Source of the DNA: an uncultured delta proteobacterium | Lineage (GTDB): Bacteria; Desulfobacterota; Desulfobacteria; Desulfobacterales; JAFDCJ01 | Assembly: GCA_963769935.1 (NCBI GenBank) | Contig: CAVYNY010000009.1 | Location: 288,001-352,000 of the forward strand | Reading direction: 5' to 3' | DNA length: 64,000 bases | Shown here: positions 61,261 to 64,000 of the stretch, one piece after another | How positions within the stretch are numbered: position 1 is the stretch's first letter | How the letters are laid out: the number at the start of each line of letters is the position of its first letter | Translations under genes and position numbers: made by a program | Notes under the pieces: model-generated | Seen by the model: only the letters and a program-made list of their open reading frames with translations | Databases searched by the model: none | What the model was told of the DNA's origin: nothing

Positions 61261-63456
61261 TCATGTTCTGGATCGCTCAAATGTGATCATAAATTCGGTG
61301 CCCCCGGCGCTGACGACCTGCACGTCGGCGTTAAGTTGCTCAGCCAGCATCTGCACTATATGCAGGCCCAGAGTGGGGGACTGTCTCCAGTCAAGGCTAT
61401 CCGGCAAGCCGATGCCGTTGTCGCCTACGCCCAGCCGCACTCGTCCTTGCGCTTCGCTGCGCAGCGAAACGGTCACCCGGCCGTTGTCGCGGCCGGCAAA
61501 GGCATGCTTCAGCGCGTTGCTGAACAGCTCGTTTAGAATCAGCCCGCAAGGAACGGCCGTGTTCACGGGCAGCGCGACCGGTTCCAGGTCCAGCTCCAGC
61601 TCGAGGCTCGTTTCAGTCGTCTCGTGGGCATGCCGGATGTAGTTGAGCAGGCTTCGGGCGTAGTCGGCAAATTCGATATGGGCCAGATCGGTCGACTGAT
61701 ACAGCTTCTCGTGCACCAGGGCCATGGAACGCACCCGGTGGGTCACATCCCTGAGTATATCCCGCAGGGCGTCATCCTGCAATTGGTTGGTCTGCAGGGA
61801 CAACAAACTGGAAATGACCTGCATATTGTTCTTCACCCGATGATGAATTTCCCTAAGCAGCACTTCCTTTTCCTGCAGAGAAACGCTGAGGCGCTCCCTG
61901 CTTTCGCGCAATTCCCTTTCTTCGTTTCGTTGTTTTGTGACATCTCTGAACACCAAAACGACACCGTACAAATTACCTTCGTCATCCTGAATGGGAGCGC
62001 CGCTGTCATTAATGGGGATTTCCTTTCCCTTTTTATTAATTAGAACCGTATGATTGGCCAATCCTACAACTTTTCCCGATTTGATGACTTCAGCGACCGG
62101 ATTTTCAATCTTTATTCGTGTATGTTCGTTTATTATGGTAAAAGCCTCGTCGAGGGGTTTATTGATCACCGCTTCCATGCCGCATCCCAAAATCCGTTCC
62201 GCCACCGGATTCATAAATGTGACTGCAGCCTCCTTATCCGTTGTGATTACGCCGTCTCCGATACAAGACAACGTGGTATACAAACGATTCCTTTCCACTC
62301 GCAGGGATTTTCCCAGTGCCATGAGCGCTGCATTTTTTTCCTGAAGTTCCTTTCTTGAAAATATCAATTTTTCGATCATGCTGGTGAAGGCTTGGTTTAG
62401 AATTTTAACCTCGGTGTAAAATGATTGGACGGGGTTGCTTTTGAACTGCTCGAGATTATCCATTTCGATTTGTTTTACATTCTCTGCCAGGTCGACCAAT
62501 GGCTGTGCCGTTCTTTTTGACAACACGAAGGTAACACCAATGCCGATAAGCAATACGACGGCGCCTGCTGAGATGGAAGTCAGAATCAGAAAATAAACGG
62601 GTTTGCGTATTTCATTTTTAGAGGCCACGGCCACTACGGCAAGTGGATATCCGGAAAAAGGATGGGCTTCCAGATCAATGGATTGATAAGAAGCAGGAAT
62701 GTCCGACCACTTTTGCCAGTTGCGGCTCGCCTCGATGAAATTCTGTACCTCAATCTCATCTCCGACAAGGCTTGGTGTCCAGATTTGTTGATTGCTTTTT
62801 ACAAGCAGCGCAACAAACCCATTTTCCCCCACCTTGGCATCCTTGAATAATATGCTCTGAAGCTTCTCCGGATTGATTGATACAGCGAGATACTTTCCCG
62901 GTACAGGCCGTCCATTCTTAACAAACGGGCGCTTTATGAATATCAAGGTTTGCCGGGAAACAGATGAGATTGGAAGATCAAAAGCAAAACAGGTCAAATC
63001 AGGGTCATTGAGAAGCTGCTTGAGCATTGCATCCGAATTCGAAGCTTGCAATCCTTTGAATTTGTTGGAAAGGTCGTAAGAGATCTCACCGTTATCGGTC
63101 AGCAGAATATTTTCAACCCAATTCTTATTGGTTTTTATGCGGGAAAAAAAGGTATGCAGTCCCGGAGTTGAAATAACGGCAAGTTCCGGGTTGCTGTAAA
63201 AAACGTCGACAATTGGTTGGGAAGCCCATAAATCAAGATTGATTTGACGCAGTTCAATAAAGCCGGCAAGATTGTAGACACTTTGCTTCAGCATTTGAGA
63301 AAGCTCTCTCTGAGAGTTCTCCTTTAAGATCCTGCTGGATTTCCACGTTGTAAAAAAGGTCAATGAACATATAATCACAAATATCAGGGCGGTCGTTAAA
63401 AAAATCAGATGAACTTTGATGGAATTTTTATCCGAAAATATAGCTGGAATTTTCAT
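61261..63456 (-). CDS. Membrane sensor kinase (periplasmic-HAMP-PAS-HisKA_2)
   Basis: EIHHRVKNNMQ, NELFSNALKHAF, DNGIG, TLGL. Confidence 0.92.
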   Translation of the reverse strand: MKIPAIFSDKNSIKVHLIFLTTALIFVIICSLTFFTTWKSSRILKENSQRELSQMLKQSVYNLAGFIELRQINLDLWASQPIVDVFYSNPELAVISTPGLHTFFSRIKTNKNWVENILLTDNGEISYDLSNKFKGLQASNSDAMLKQLLNDPDLTCFAFDLPISSVSRQTLIFIKRPFVKNGRPVPGKYLAVSINPEKLQSILFKDAKVGENGFVALLVKSNQQIWTPSLVGDEIEVQNFIEASRNWQKWSDIPASYQSIDLEAHPFSGYPLAVVAVASKNEIRKPVYFLILTSISAGAVVLLIGIGVTFVLSKRTAQPLVDLAENVKQIEMDNLEQFKSNPVQSFYTEVKILNQAFTSMIEKLIFSRKELQEKNAALMALGKSLRVERNRLYTTLSCIGDGVITTDKEAAVTFMNPVAERILGCGMEAVINKPLDEAFTIINEHTRIKIENPVAEVIKSGKVVGLANHTVLINKKGKEIPINDSGAPIQDDEGNLYGVVLVFRDVTKQRNEERELRESRERLSVSLQEKEVLLREIHHRVKNNMQVISSLLSLQTNQLQDDALRDILRDVTHRVRSMALVHEKLYQSTDLAHIEFADYARSLLNYIRHAHETTETSLELELDLEPVALPVNTAVPCGLILNELFSNALKHAFAGRDNGRVTVSLRSEAQGRVRLGVGDNGIGLPDSLDWRQSPTLGLHIVQMLAEQLNADVQVVSAGGTEFMITFERSRT

Positions 63457-63458
63457 AG

Positions 63459-64000
63459 TTAATGCTGAGTAGGCTCGGGCGTAGAAGTGACAAATAAAAT
63501 GAATTCACCCAACGTCAAACCAATATATTCCTGCCAGTTTTTGTTTAACTGCGAATCCGGTGAATTTTTTTGAACTTCAAAAAAATTGTGGACCGCTTCC
63601 TGCAGGTCCTTGTCTTCTTTGCGAAAACACCAGCCGTATTCAGTTATCTCGCCTGTCGGAAAAGCAACCTTCGCATTTTTTGCAAAATTTTTGACGGCCC
63701 AAAGCGCGCCGTCTGCACCTGCAACGGCAAAATCGACTTTTCCTGAGTCCACGGCTTTGATCGCCTGTTCCTGCGGCATGAATTTTAATTTTATCGGGTC
63801 CTTTTCGAATAGGGCCTTATTTTGCTCTTCCAGCCAGTTATGAAAGGAAGTTCCTTCCATAACGGCAGCAGTTTTGCCGGCCAGATCATTTAAGCCCCTG
63901 AATTCCTCAACCCTGCTTTTATTTATGATGATTGTATTGCGGGATATAAATAAAAGAACGTACGCCATTTTTTTTTCACGCCATTCCAGCCTAACCAAAT
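63459..64000 (-). CDS. Family 3 solute-binding protein (5' part outside window)
   Basis: LAGKTAAVMEGTSF, AVDSGKVDF, YGWCFRKEDKDL. Confidence 0.8.
   Translation of the reverse strand, partial: LVRLEWREKKMAYVLLFISRNTIIINKSRVEEFRGLNDLAGKTAAVMEGTSFHNWLEEQNKALFEKDPIKLKFMPQEQAIKAVDSGKVDFAVAGADGALWAVKNFAKNAKVAFPTGEITEYGWCFRKEDKDLQEAVHNFFEVQKNSPDSQLNKNWQEYIGLTLGEFILFVTSTPEPTQH

Overview
A ~64 kb chromosomal window that looks like a sulfate-reducing Desulfobacterales-type Desulfobacterota genome; this is inferred from gene content and repeat style, not verified. It has four blocks. (1) 1-14 kb holds housekeeping genes (tag, hup, clpS, ahbB-like) and an Hnd/NuoEF-like redox cluster with no hydrogenase subunit. 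That cluster carries an RnfB-FAD-oxidoreductase fusion with an in-frame TGA at a conserved Fe-S cysteine, followed at once by a hairpin (probable selenoprotein). It is interleaved with mtnP/apt/mtnA. (2) 14-29 kb is a partly decayed phosphate-starvation island (phoU, phoBR, phnH, pstB remnant, glycosyltransferase pseudogene, small unknown ORFs). Six promoters there share an 11-bp-periodic CTAAY-type motif, followed after 10 bp (12 bp at phnH) by a -10-like hexamer. (3) 29-36 kb holds an AAA ATPase, a B12 radical SAM protein, pepA, a SET protein, a USP and a scar that looks like a deleted ech hydrogenase operon. (4) 36-64 kb is a dense two-component signalling cluster with an inverted duplicated kinase/HD-regulator module. 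Intergenic DNA is full of REP-like, MITE-like and 7/8-mer palindromic repeats, some nested. Many 1-bp frameshifts probably reflect sequencing or assembly error, whereas several clean large deletions look biological. No rRNA, tRNA or CRISPR array was recognised.
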